DNA of 61,797 nt, counting the filler, from Gonapodya sp. JEL0774 (Eukaryota): assembly GCA_027604505.1 (NCBI GenBank). It is 19 parts of 19 records of this genome, joined end to end, with 100 filler letters (N's around TTAATTAATTAA, not from the genome) between each part and the next. Parts side by side here need not be neighbours in the genome. Positions count along the whole stretch, not along the records: positions 39,150 to 42,305 come from JADIIX010001441.1; positions 42,406 to 45,557 come from JADIIX010001442.1; positions 45,658 to 48,808 come from JADIIX010001443.1; positions 48,909 to 52,058 come from JADIIX010001444.1; positions 52,159 to 55,307 come from JADIIX010001445.1; 14 more parts are not named here. One strand, given 5' to 3'. A model generated the notes under the pieces. It was given only the letters and a program-made list of their open reading frames with translations, was not told where the DNA came from and did no database searches. A program made the translations under genes and the position numbers. This document shows, in pieces, positions 39,644 to 52,842 of the stretch; the first letter of the stretch is position 1; every line of letters starts with the position of its first letter.

Positions 39644-40985
39644 TTACCCCTCCCAATCCTCGAAGCCCTTCCATCCACCAAATTGCGCCTCGAATTTGTC
39701 CACACTGGGGTCATAGTACCCGTGCTTATCAAGCTGTTCAATTTCCCTTTGCTCCAACATTTCGCGTACGTCAAACTCATCGAGCGGCATGCGAGTCGCC
39801 CAGATGTGGGCGAACTCGGAGCTAGCAGAAGTGTCGTAGATTGGTAGTTGCCACGCTGAATCGCGGGTAGATTTTTGCTTCGTAAATGGGTGACCCAATT
39901 ACGATGAGAGCATGCGGAGTGCCGCCCGCGCCGCGGAGGACGGAATTTTGATCGCGTGACCCCGGAGAGGCGGCGACTCATAAAGCTTACCCGATCTCGA
40001 TCTTGATCCATTTTGTACTGGAGAGTTCTGTATGGATCAAGAGGTCCCAAAGTGAGACTTGGTGCGAAATCCTCCGAGCTTCCGCTGGATGGACGAACCT
40101 CTGCGCGTCAATATCATCCAATTTCTGCTCCAAGGATTTTATGAGCTCCTCATCAAATATAGACTTCTTCCGCCAGGCTTCGAAAATCTGAAATGGTTGA
40201 TCAGTTGGAAGGGCAGAAAGTATCAGTGGCGAGTTTTATTAAGAGGAGAATTTGCATGTCACCTACTCTCCGAATAGTTGTTAGTCTGCTGTCAGAAACC
40301 TTATCTTGGGCCATTTTGGCATCGCTGGGGAAGCACCAATTCAAGAGATCCACAAGGTCCGACTGAGCAAGTTCGATGTAGCCGCGGAAAGAAATCAACA
40401 GAGATTTTTGACAAAGAGAGTCCAGGACATAGAAGTATTTGACACGGTAATTTGCTGGATGGTTCTAAGTCGTGAACAAAGGTTGCTCAGAGTCACCACA
40501 TAGAGATGTGAGCGCGCCCCTTTATACAATAGCAATGAAGCGTCCAGAGCCTATCGCCTATAGAGGGGTACCTTGTTCATTATCCTGTCTCTGAGAGTCC
40601 TGTAGAGCTTCTTGTGCAGTGGCTTGTGATCCAGCATATGTTGGGCTGCTTCCTCTACCGTAGACTGCATCGAATTGCCTGGTAGATGTATGGCGATTCG
40701 GTAAACGAGAAATCGGTGGCAAAAATTCGGGCATTGATTGGTTCAAGTATCAGTGAACTGCCGACGGACAAGACACATTCCTAACAGGTACCTGCTCTGT
40801 CAATGCTGTCCAATAGCTTACGCAACTGCAGCGGAAATCGGAGTTGGGAAGGAGCTTCAGGAGGTATGGTGACATGTTCTTTGGCTCACCTGCCTTTCAA
40901 TCATCGGTCCATCGAAACTGGGCCCCGCTGCCGGCGAAGGCGGCGTCAGCGGTGTCCCCTCCGGAGAAGTGCCGTCCAGTTCCAT
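39644..40985 (-). CDS. CTK3: CTD kinase I gamma subunit (Ctk3-like), multi-exon
   Basis: CID-like NYRVKYFYVLDSLCQKS..GYIELAQSDLVDLLNWCFP...IFEAWRKKSIF, and C-terminal MDQDRDR|QKSTRDSAW...SEFAHIW resembling the Ctk3 (R)IEEDRERHKxxRExxW...EF..W motif. Confidence 0.75.
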
Positions 40986-41477
40986 GATGTCCAGACCGTT
41001 CACAAATTTTGAGTAATCACGCTCCGGGGGGATCGATTTCTTTGGGTTGTTGGCTTGGCCTCATTTTGTTCATCAGACACTTTTGATCTGTCCAAGCACT
41101 CTTTTGCGGAAACCCATGTCAGTTACATCTCCTCTCGTTTGCTAAAAGGCGCAAGCGACATACTAGGGAGTGAACGAGTGCGCTTTGTATGTTGTAGTTC
41201 CTTCCGAACTTGTGGTAGCAATGTCGAATCTGATTGTTGTCAATCACTGTGACGTACTATTGTTACCATGATAGTAAATAACGATAGTAAAGAGAAACCA
41301 TCACTGTCTTCCTCAAGAAGTAGGCGAATAACTGGCGTTGTCGTATCATCCAAGTCATCCCACAACCGCTACCCGAGCTCTTCGTTCCGCTCCGAGTCAG
41401 AACTTTCCCTTCACTGACTGGAAGAGCCTTCTCTATCCCAAATTGCAACCGTGCAACTGTTGATCTGGACTCGATAA

Positions 41478-42305
41478 CTAATTCGAGTAATTCATCGAAT
41501 GTATGGACAACAGCGTGCGGCTCTTGCTCTGCATGCTGCCACTCACAGAATCTCCGTGCCTTAGTGTGGTTGGAATTGCCGTCCACACATTTTCTGATAC
41601 ATGTCCACAGGTGCTAGTGTTGGGGGGCGACCTCGCCTGAGACCAAGTGTGGGCGCCAACGTCGGATAGCTTGACCTGAATCTCCATCCAGGTGCGGAGC
41701 TCAGACGCCATCTCGATGGCAAGCTTTTCGCGGGTTAGCCGTTCCCATTCGTTCCAACGGTGCATGCGCATGGATCCATCGAAGGCACCATCCCGTTCCC
41801 CGTGGTGGTGTTGTTTCTGCTCGCCTGAGATTTGACGAGTCTCGCCCCACGTAAAATCGTCAAAGTGCTGGCGGGGTAAAGAATCATCGATTTGTACTTG
41901 TTTGCGCGATTCAAATGGTGAGGCAACGACATCTCCGCCCTCTCACCCAGAATGCGTAAGCCGGCAGCACCAGATTCCATATTGGCAAACTTCCTAAATA
42001 TACCAGCATCCATCCAACAATCTTGATTTTGAGCGATGTGAGGCCGATCAGGAGTGCAGGCAAGCCCAAGATGAGAGCCAGCAAGATCAACGGTACGATC
42101 GGCTTATCAGCCACGTAGATGCTACTGATCAGCAGGTAGAGTGTGAAGGAGATGGCAGCGGGGAGCACAACTGTGCCCACAAGCTCCATGAAAACGACTG
42201 GTTTACATGAACCGGAAAGTGTGTCATCGGACGGTATTGTCAGAAGTCATCGTCCTGGAAGTTGGGGGAGGGAAACTCACCAAATTGCATTGAAATACAG
42301 AAAGT
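41478..42305 (-). CDS. Chitin synthase, class IV (Chs3-like), C-terminal exons, 5'-truncated
   Basis: [27 protein letters not shown]...[25 protein letters not shown]. Confidence 0.95.
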
Positions 42306-42693
42306 NNNNNNNNNNNNNNNNNNNNNNNNNNNNNNNNNNNNNNNNNNNNTTAATTAATTAANNNNNNNNNNNNNNNNNNNNNNNNNNNNNNNNNNNNNNN
42401 NNNNNTCGTCTCGCACGCTATTCCAAGCTCAGCGAAGGCTCTAATTTCTACCGAGGATGGGAAGCAGTAAGTTTTCGACTCTCGGGAACCCGATCCAGAC
42501 ATTGAATTAGACCGCATTTGGTCATGCTTTTGGACTCCCATCCCACTCTTACATTTTCTTTGCATGTATCGATGTAGGCCGAGTGCTTCTGCTCTAATTA
42601 CGCAGGCAGGTGAGTGGACTGCCCGGTGGAGACACCAACGGGGTCATTTATATTTCGCTTGCAGTTATTCAATAAGTTCCGGTATTTGCAGCG

Positions 42694-45229
42694 TTGACCA
42701 TTCCAAAGACAGTCATTAGACGATTGAGTGGCGCATCGTCAAACCCACAATGTAGGTTGCTTTTCGCAGACCTGTCTCAACTCTTTCTTGACTATCATGT
42801 CGGTCACGCAGGGACATTTCCCGAAGAAGTTGTTTTTAATGCCATGCGCGTTCTCTCAACTCATTCGGATACCGCCAATTCGGCCGCGCGGCTCTTTCTT
42901 CCTCGGATGCTGGACCTCCAAGCGCTGGTGTGTGCCGAGCCCATTGAGCAACTTGTCAACGCTCAATACGATGGGAACGAGGTGAAGGGTTATTGGATTG
43001 GCAAAGTGAGTTTGCTTGCTGTATTGCTGGACGTAAAAATTGGAAATCCTAATTTCGTGTGTGTCACGGTACCTGTACTGCTAATTGTCCACTCTTCGAA
43101 TCGAATTTAAGCCGGTTGACCACACGAAAGACGTCATCCTCCTCTACATACACGGTGGATCCTTCATTGGCGGCCACGCTCTTCAATGTTGTCACGCACT
43201 CGGCGATTTAATTCGGATCATGAGCAAACAAAATGGCCTCGCTTGTCGCGTGTTTTCCGTGGACTATCCCCTTGCGCCAGAAGTACCGTATCCTGGCGGG
43301 CTTGACGCATGCGTTCGAGCCGTCAAATGGCTGATTGAATCTCTTGGGAGCAAGAACGTCTTCCTTGGTGAGTTTGACTAGGGCGGGGTGCGGGGTGGTG
43401 GGAGACGGCCCGTGCCATGGCTTTCTATCTGCAACAAAGCTTCAATCTTTGGTGCCCCGAATTAACTTTTCACTTGCGCCTTTATGGTAGTCGGAGATTC
43501 TGCCGGCGGAAATCTCGCGCTCGCCACCCTACTCCGCATGCGTGACACGGCACCGGCACATCAGCTCCACAAAATCCTCGGTTGTATCCCCATATCACCT
43601 TATGTGGACTTCCTTGGGCCTCGAAAGAGTACTTCAAGCACTGAAGTTGTTGTCCCCTCCATGGCTCTTGTGAAAACAGGTAATGAGGAACCCCAGGGAG
43701 ATCAGCTGAGCGAGAGCATGCGACAAAGACAGCAGTGGTCAGTAGCAGATAATCTCTCACTCAATGCTGGAAGGTGTGCGATAAGATATTACCTCGGCAC
43801 CAAGGGACTCAATTGGTACAATGCAGTGGGCGGCTGGGTGAGTTAACAATTGTTTAACTTGAGATTATCAGTTGCATGTGCAGGTTTGAACTGACGTAAC
43901 TCTGACTGGTCCTAGCCCAACCCATGGGACAAGTCTCAATGGGACAATAACTGGCTTCATGCCTGGGATACCATTCTCGGGATCACTGATGAACCTGAGG
44001 AAGGTGCTTCCCGGGGTGGATACACCACCAGCATGAACTTAGCCACGCACGACGGACCTTCTGAGTTACCTGCAACACCAACCTCACCTTCTTCAACGCT
44101 CATGGTGTCTCCCAAGTTCACTCACCGTCGATCAGTGTCATCGTCTCCGTCACCACTAGTAACAGAGGCATCTTCTCGACCGAGCAGACTCATCTGGGCG
44201 CAAGATCCGTACCTGAGTCCACCAGGCCGGGGCATGACAAGATCTACATCTAGCCCGAGCAATGTCAATCCTAATGATGGTCCTGATGGCCTCCCAGAAT
44301 CCCCCACCAGGAGACGTCCACCGCCGATTCGACGATCGGCAAGTGGACGGAGCACGTCACTGACCAATGGTCGTAGATCCAGCAGCATAGTCCGAAAGGA
44401 TATCCCCGACAGTCCACTTGCTTTACAATTCACCGAGGAGCCCATGGTCGATTCTGAATTTGAAACTGATGGGGAGGATAAACATTCAGGATCTGAGGAC
44501 TCAGATCCAAGTTCGCCCAATACGGCAGTATCGTCTCCAGCGGCGAGTCCTCCGCTGTCTGTACATGGAAGACTCGAGCGTCAACCTGTCAAACGATTTT
44601 CATCCATAGCGGAACGTGTGGTGTTTGTCAGGCCTGAAGTACAATCGGGAGTCCCCTTTCCTGGTCTCTCGAACCTCAAAACGCCTTACTATCTGAACCC
44701 AGAACTTTCGAATTATGACCTCGAGCGTATTTACATCACGTTGGCACTTTCCCCTTACGTCAGCCCCTCGCGCGCGAATACATTCGACAATCTGCCTGCC
44801 ATCCTGTTTGTGGTGGGGCGTGGCGAGGCTGTGTACAATGATGTAATGCGATGCGTCACCAAAGCCCGAAAGTCTATCATCGCAGCGGAAAAGAAACTCA
44901 CCGCGGGGGAACTGGCAGCGCGTCCGAGAACTTTCGGGCGAGTCGATGTAATGGAGCGCCCGCTCGGGGAGCACACGTATCTTCTACTGCCCGAGGCACT
45001 CGTAGGTGGCAAAGGCATGGACGGTCTACGAGACATCGCTACATGGATGGAGAGGACCGTAAAAGAGAAGACCGAGTGGCCGGCCAAAGTGCATGTGTTT
45101 CGTGCGACCAGGAGTCCTTCAGTTGCGGCTCTAAGGCTAGATACGAAAGGAGGAAGATCAAGACGTGGATCGGGGAGAGAAGGATCTGTGGAGAGGGAGG
45201 TTCTCGAGCGGTCCCCGACACTAATTTAA
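42694..45229 (+). CDS. HSL-family (Abhydrolase_3) lipase/esterase, multi-exon, 5' end unresolved
   Basis: LLYIHGGSF oxyanion motif, VDYPLAPE, GDSAGGNLA nucleophile elbow, PISPYVD, SPYVSP, VGRGEAVYND, GEH. Confidence 0.9.
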
Positions 45230-45709
45230 GGGAGCGTTTCGAGCTTCGCACTGCGCACTGCAGCCTCATTCTTGGGACATAGTCCAGGTCGGTCGAGAGG
45301 AAAACTACCCTAATCACAATAGACGAAGAATTCGTCCTGCGTAAACATTCCACAATAATTGTTAGTCATGTTGCTAGATATTTTCTATCTCTATTTGTCT
45401 CTTTTAGCAACGTTTTCGCCCATATCATATAATCTTATCATTGATGGCAGTGACGGCGTATGTGCTTATTTCGACATTCGTTCCCAGCTCCATGATTTCA
45501 AACACCTATGAACCCCGATTTGGCCTCCCGGCTCGCTCAACTTCGCGGAGAGCCCGCNNNNNNNNNNNNNNNNNNNNNNNNNNNNNNNNNNNNNNNNNNN
45601 NTTAATTAATTAANNNNNNNNNNNNNNNNNNNNNNNNNNNNNNNNNNNNNNNNNNNNGACACCCATTTTTAGCTGCACGTGAAGCTTTGAGAAATTGTCT
45701 TGAACTCAC

Positions 45710-46303
45710 TTCACTAGTGCCCAGGTGTAGAGACTGTAGACACTTTTGATATGCGGATTCATACCCACGATGAACGGTAAGCTCTCCAGTGCTCTCACGC
45801 GCCGCGCCTAGATTCCGACACAGCAGAGGCTTTTAAAAAACTCCCCATTTCTCTCGGGGTTTGGTCGACAGCGGCAATATATCCATCCTTACCAAGCGTT
45901 TGGGAATTTCAGACCGCATATACTTTGCGCTCTCCACTAGCTTAGCCCGATGAATCTCATCTCCTTTGGATGCGTGGGCTGCATCGACGCCCAGACGCAG
46001 TAAATCTTGAAGAGTGATAACAGATAACGGTTGGGAAGCGTAGAACGCCAGTTTCGACTCGAACGGGGCAGATGACGGAGGATAAGGATTGGACTCAGTA
46101 GGTTCGAAGCTCAATAATGTTGAGAGTTGGTCGGGATGAATTGCTGTTGGTGATTGGACGAGGGAGGACGGGTACGGGGAGGTGGTCGAGTTTGGGAGCA
46201 TACGGGAACCATGGAAAGCTCGGTGAAGAAGAGTGTGTGATGGACGTGGTTGTCCATTCGAGAGAAATCGCAGGAGTCTTAGGGGATTCGCTGATCGTTG
46301 CAT
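45710..46303 (-). CDS. Mitochondrial alpha-ketoacid dehydrogenase kinase (PDK/BCKDK family), 5' exons
   Basis: Presequence-like N-terminus; FYASQPLSVITLQDLLRLG...LVESAKYMRSEIPKRL|ARRVRALESLPFIVGMNPHIKSVYSLY. Confidence 0.9.
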
Positions 46304-46394
46304 GTTGTGTGCTCATGGGCGCGATTTTGAAGTGAGGGGATATGTACCTTCAGTACCCGCCAGTACTAACCACTCAACATTTGGAAAACTAACG

Positions 46395-47810
46395 CTACTG
46401 TTCTACTTCCCAGCCAACTGAGTCATCTAGCCATTCTAAATGTGCATGGCAAGGGTGCAAATACGCCACTGTGGACTCTTTAAGCCCCTGTCCCGCGTTC
46501 TGCGTGGTAGTCCTCTTTCTTCCTTCCGTCATTTTCATTTTATAGTGAATCTCGTCTTTCGCCTGCCTATCTTTTACTAAACCCATTATTTGCACCATGT
46601 TTAACCCGCCGGGACCATAGATTTTGCTCGGATCCACCTGCTGTCCGGTGGAGGAGGTGAAGGTGTGATCTGTCGTTCTTGTACCGTCTTTCGCCAGAGA
46701 ATGTCGTTTGACCGCACCTCGTTTTTCGAGTTCGAGTAAGTGTTGCACGATGGCACCACGTACGAAGGAATCTTCGAACTCTGCTACTGCTGTCGCGGCA
46801 GATGCCAGACGGAGTCGTCGGATCACATCCCCCACGATCCTCCCTGTGGGCATGATTGGTGGCTCAGCATCACCAGTTTGTAAGCCAGCCTGCCCACCCT
46901 CTTTGAGGATCCGAGAAATACAAGAGCTTAGAGCGTCCTGTGCTTCGGTTGCTCTGTCCAAATAAACGGACACATCGATTGGGGAGAGCACTGCCCGCCC
47001 GTGTCCCGGAAAAATGCGCTTTGGGAGTAGTTGAAAAATTTTGCCAAGACAAGTCATATAGTCAGGCAGGGACTCGTAAGCAGCTTCGAATCCCGTCAGA
47101 TTCGAGGTTGTGCGAGATTGAGCCGACGAAGTGAATCCATGACGTGACTGAATAAAGTCGGTGGAGTCCGAGTCCACCGTGACAGGACGAGAAAATACAG
47201 AGTCGCCCACAAATAGTGCACCAGATTCCATGTCCAGGAACGATAATGAATCCAATGTGTGTCCTGACGTTCGCACAGCTCTAATGGTAAGAGAGTCCCC
47301 AGATTCTGTGCTCGGAAAAGTGACGTCCGCGATTGCTGTATTCTTTGCAACTGCCTGTGTAATCACTGATCCGCGTCTCTCATCCACACCGGCGCTGGCC
47401 ACCACCTCCACCTTTCCTTCAACCGCCAGCTCTCCTGCCAGCCACTTCAAGCTTTTCCAATCTACGTGTCCACTATGTCCATGTGTGATCGTGATTCCTG
47501 CAACGCGGATGCCTGACGTGCCGCTCCTCGCAGCCTGCGTTGCGCAAATTCCGCGTACCAAGTGTAAGAGGGAGTCATATGGAGCGGGACCAGGATCAAT
47601 AAGCAAGCGATGCTGGGAGGATGGAGGTCCAACGAGGTAAGTATTCGTGGGGTATGAGTGGGAAGATTGCGAGTTTGGATGAGGTCGAGTAAGGATCCGT
47701 GTGACATGCGGAGTGAGCTGGGAGATGTCTGGCAGCGGATTCTTTTCACGTCTCTGATATAATCGCTTTTGCGAAGACGGCATCAGGTTAGTCCTCACCT
47801 GGGCTACCAT
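46395..47810 (-). CDS. LACTB2-like metallo-beta-lactamase-fold protein, intronless, atypical metal motif
   Basis: TNTYLVG, LLIDPG, THGHSGH, SGHTLDS, LFVGDSV, IFPGHG, then a C-terminal winged-helix-like region (QHLLELEKRGAV). Confidence 0.85.
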   Translation of the reverse strand: MVAQVRTNLMPSSQKRLYQRREKNPLPDISQLTPHVTRILTRPHPNSQSSHSYPTNTYLVGPPSSQHRLLIDPGPAPYDSLLHLVRGICATQAARSGTSGIRVAGITITHGHSGHVDWKSLKWLAGELAVEGKVEVVASAGVDERRGSVITQAVAKNTAIADVTFPSTESGDSLTIRAVRTSGHTLDSLSFLDMESGALFVGDSVFSRPVTVDSDSTDFIQSRHGFTSSAQSRTTSNLTGFEAAYESLPDYMTCLGKIFQLLPKRIFPGHGRAVLSPIDVSVYLDRATEAQDALSSCISRILKEGGQAGLQTGDAEPPIMPTGRIVGDVIRRLRLASAATAVAEFEDSFVRGAIVQHLLELEKRGAVKRHSLAKDGTRTTDHTFTSSTGQQVDPSKIYGPGGLNMVQIMGLVKDRQAKDEIHYKMKMTEGRKRTTTQNAGQGLKESTVAYLHPCHAHLEWLDDSVGWEVEQ

Positions 47811-48125
47811 AATCGTCCACTTTCCATCTCCTGTTGAGCGAATCCGATCGGTGGAGAACTGGGAGCTGCGTCACCCGAAGCGAGTAGAATCCACACGGGG
47901 ATCTTTTGCATAGCAAAGGAGCTTGCGAGACTAATGTCATCCTTGTTTCAAAACATGGGTAATATGGGCTTGATCAAGTACATGCAAACCTCTCACGTCT
48001 CCGCAATCCAAAACATATCTAATATGCGTGTAATAAGAGTTTCGCTTCTATTGCTTCATCCCAGCGAAGGTTGCCCGATTACATTTAGAGCTATATTTCG
48101 GTTTCCAGTGAGAGCACGACAGGAA

Positions 48126-48808
<683 letters not shown>

Positions 48809-48908
48809 NNNNNNNNNNNNNNNNNNNNNNNNNNNNNNNNNNNNNNNNNNNNTTAATTAATTAANNNNNNNNNNNNNNNNNNNNNNNNNNNNNNNNNNNN
48901 NNNNNNNN

Positions 48909-51900
48909 CGCCAGCTTCTCTGCTAGACGCATCCGGAAACCCAATTTACAGGTGAATCATTGATTTGTACTCCTGCAAACTCTCATGCAAGTCTAGTGAA
49001 CTCTTCATTGGAATCTATGCCACCTCACTTCCATAGTTTAATTGTTCTTGCAGCCTCACCGACCTCTCTCGGTCTTTCGGCGGCTCAACAAACGATGGTT
49101 TGTCCTCATCACTTTCATTTCGTTTGAGAAGCCTATCATCATGACTGATTGTGCAATTTTCGAGAAGATTGAAACTTACGAGTCCACGTATTCTGTCCGC
49201 CGTGTAGTTCTTGGAACGGGACCTTCAACGACAGATGGCACAGCGGCCGTCGGATCCGGAAACGCAAACACAGAAACCGTGACTTTCAGCTCTGTCTTCG
49301 CTTCCCTCGCTGGATTTGTGGGTACTGCAAGCGCCGATACGAGCGGGTATATTGATCTCTATGTGCTTTGAGTGTTCCCCTTCTTAACTAATCGTGGTTT
49401 TCAGGTTATTCCATTACCCCGCTTCTATTACAAACACGACTAGTACCTCTGCAGTTCTTTACTTTGGCACTGGCTCCAGTGCTACTGTTGGAGGCGTCGT
49501 CACTCAATTTCCGAACAACCGCCAAGTCATGTCATTTTACCTCGATTTTGGTGATTGGTATGTGGTCAAGAATATCTTTGAGCTACGTGATGGCGACCAA
49601 CTGTCCACAACTCAGGTCTACGACTTCTATTATGTTGAATCACATTTGGATTCAATGGGGCACACGCGGACTCTATCAAGGAAACCGTAAGGTCATTCTC
49701 CAACCCCAAGTTGACGACATGCTGTACGTGACTATCCGTCACGATAAGCCTGGAAGGGACCCATGAACTAATTGCATATGCCAATTGATATTCCTACCGA
49801 AGTCTGTCCACGGGGAACTACTTTGATTTCAATACTGTCTTCAGAGTTCGGCCAGAAGACATTGCTCAAATATACGCTTGGCAGGATGATCTCAACAGTC
49901 GTTTACCAGCAGGTAAGCATCGAGAATCAAGAGAACAAGGCTGGTAGCTCAAAGTAATTTCTCTGCGACTTTTGCGACTTTTGCGACTTTCTTCACAGGA
50001 TCAAACTTCAAACTGGAAGTAAGTGCCGACTTACGCGCTTTGCGTTTGCGACTCGTTCTAATTTGTTCCACCTAATCAGTTCGCAATCAACGGTGAGCTT
50101 CCAAGAAGCCTCGTGAACAGACCCACCATTTCTTCGACAAGGACACACCGAAGTTAACTGCTGACTCTGATTGTTTAATTTCGGTAGGGAATGGTATACT
50201 GGGTAATATCAGCTCTCCTCTGCTTATTCAGCTTGGAACCCGTGAGTTGGAGATTGTCGAATGACCATATCTGTCGAATATCTTGATCGGACTCTCCATG
50301 GCTCGGTTCGGTTAGCGCCTGTGGTATCTTCAACGTATGCGAAACCACTGGGAACTGGGACAAGCCTCTGGCCCGCCAGTTACTCCACGTCATGGACCAA
50401 TCTCGGTGCCGGTATGCTCAGTGCTTTTCGTCGAAAAATTCATTATGCGCTCTAAGTTCAGTTTGCCTCCAGACCCTCTGTTTGCATTTTTCACTGCTTC
50501 GCAAGCCAATCAGAATCGAGTAAACTGGCTTACGCATACTTTTACTCATGAAAGCCTTGACTCTGCTACAACGTAAGCCAAATCAATTCATTTCCTTTCT
50601 TTCTTAGTTCAATGAACCTGGATGTCTTCTTATCTCGTTCCCATATCTCGGACGATCAGGTACGATGTCGCCCAGGAAATCCAAGTTAACGTCAAAATGG
50701 CACAAACAATGGGTCTTGTTGGGCAGTCGTGGTGGTCTCCTGGATCTATCATCACCCCAGCAATTACTGGTCTGTACCTGCACACATCAGTTGAGAGAAC
50801 ATCGTGTACTGAAAACAAAAAACCCTTTCATCTGATAGGTCTATTCAACGGTGATGCTCTGTCTGTTTTCACTGCCAACGGAATTGTGACAGCTGTCGGC
50901 GACAATTCCCGGTCCGCGCTTGTCCCGAGCAACAAGTATCTGGACTGGGTCTCCACTCAAGCCTCGTCCAACTTTGATGGCTTCCACGTTATACCTCGTC
51001 AGCCAGCGGAAGTATACTACACGTCTGACACAGTGACTCAAAACGTCCAGATCTACAACAGTATCTACAGTTCACAAGTGAGAACCGATTGTAGTAAACC
51101 GACTGAAATTCACGAACCACTCAATTCCATCATTCGAAGCTTGGAACTTCCAATTGGACCCAAATTTTGGATCGCGAAGTTGCAAGGGTAGTTCCGATGC
51201 TTATGAGCTTGAGGCACGATCCGCACATGTGAGTTTGATCGCCCACTTTCGATGATCGCACTCCCCAAGAACGTAACCATGATTATATTAGGTTCCACCA
51301 AGCAAACTTGCGTAATATTGATCAAGTGAGTCCCAGGATATCGTTAAATCCAACTGTTGATGTTCCATGATTCAATGAGCCCCATCTGATCGACCGTATC
51401 CCGAAATTCAATTGATCAACCAGCCTATCGTAACCGTCGGAGGCAAAACCGGCCGTCTGTCACTCCTTCAACAGTGGGTAGAGGCGATTGTTGCCAAGTA
51501 TACTGCAACTGTTACTTGGCCAATCCAAGGGTGAGCCTTGCGATCCTTGAACCCGCTTGATAGACTGATAGACGGGTTCCTATCAACCCATCCCTTTTGC
51601 TCGTGGAAACGAAGACTGAAAATGGATGATCTTGCACTGCTTTATCGGTGAGTGGAGATGTTGTTTAGTGTTAAGGTTTAGGACCTTGTCAAATGACCGA
51701 TATTTCTGTTTACCAACATCACAACAGAGAACGAGAGTCTCGTGAGACTTGCGGCATTTCGACCACCCTGAACGTGGCCACTGGTGTTGTCTCTTCAGTT
51801 ACCGTCAAGACCACAAACGCATGCAAAGTTGGTGTCACATTGCCCCCTGGTGTTACACCGGCAAGCGGCTCCTGGACAACCGAAAAGGTGGGAAATGATC

Positions 51901-51977
51901 CGGTGACAGTGTGGATCACGATGGGTGCAGGTGCAAGTGCCACGGTCCCACTTCAAGGATCATTCACCTGGTCTTAA
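48909..51977 (+). CDS. Agd3-like (CE18) polysaccharide deacetylase, many exons including 20-nt (49999-50018) and 13-nt (50080-50092) micro-exons; 5'-truncated
   Basis: HIWIQWGTRGLYQGNRKVILQPQVDDM, WQDDLNSRLPAGS, NGNG, KPLGTGTSLWP, THTFTHESLD, PAITGLFNGDAL, VGDNSR, IPR, LRHDPHMFHQANLR, SLLQQWVE, EKVGNDPVTVW. Confidence 0.88.
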
Positions 51978-52360
51978 TAGTGGTTTATGATGTATATTTG
52001 TCTGAATTAGACATATGCCCAGATTACGTATACCCCAGTAGATTTATGTACAAGTACTNNNNNNNNNNNNNNNNNNNNNNNNNNNNNNNNNNNNNNNNNN
52101 NNTTAATTAATTAANNNNNNNNNNNNNNNNNNNNNNNNNNNNNNNNNNNNNNNNNNNNCCCGGAAGAATGATGTTCCAATGTTTCGTCATCGTCATCGGC
52201 ACGACCACCGAGTCGCAAGGGTCAATCCCCGTCCGACGGGCGGACTCTGCCCGTCGCGGACGCTTGGGCCAGGAAGGGTCAGAGGCCTCCGTCGACTCTG
52301 CCCGTCGCTGACACTCGGGCGAGCAACGGTCACTCGCCAGCCCTCCCGCTCAAGACCCAC

Positions 52361-52842
52361 CTTCATCCCCTTAATCTTCTCCGTAGCGAGCGAGCTACTG
52401 GCGATGGCACTTCCACACCCAAACGTCTTGAACTTGACGTCTCTGATCTCTCCCGTTTCCTCGTCGACCAGGATCTGGAGCTTCATGACGTCGCCACAGG
52501 CTGGTGCGCCGACCAATCCGGTGCCGACGTGGACAGAGGATTTGTTGAGACTGCCGACGTTGCGGGGACGTTCGTAGTGGTCGATGACCTTTGGAGGGTG
52601 TGGGAGTGGGAGTGGGATGGGGCGGGGAAATGGAATCTGGGGTAAGCACAGAGGGGGAGAAAAGGGGGAAAAAGAGAAGGAGAACATACCTTTTCATGGT
52701 AAGAGCGAGCAGAGCCGGATTGAGAGAAAGCAGAGTGAGCGGCCCGCGCCGGAGATGAGAATGAGGATTGGGAAGAGAATGAGGACAGGAAGCGGGGGAG
52801 AGCAGTGAGAGCGGGAGAGGGAAACAGGGCAGGAGGGTTCAT
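52361..52842 (-). CDS. ISU1: Fe-S cluster scaffold IscU/Isu1, exons 1-2, 3'-truncated
   Basis: YHEK|VIDHYERPRNVGSL...GLVGAPACGDVMKLQI...FKTFGCGSAIASSS. Confidence 0.97.

Noticed and set aside
49965..49992. Short tandem repeat (tgcgacttt)x3, and similar (ccacttccacgt)n near 55177-55207
   Set aside because: Simple slippage repeats with no further structure.
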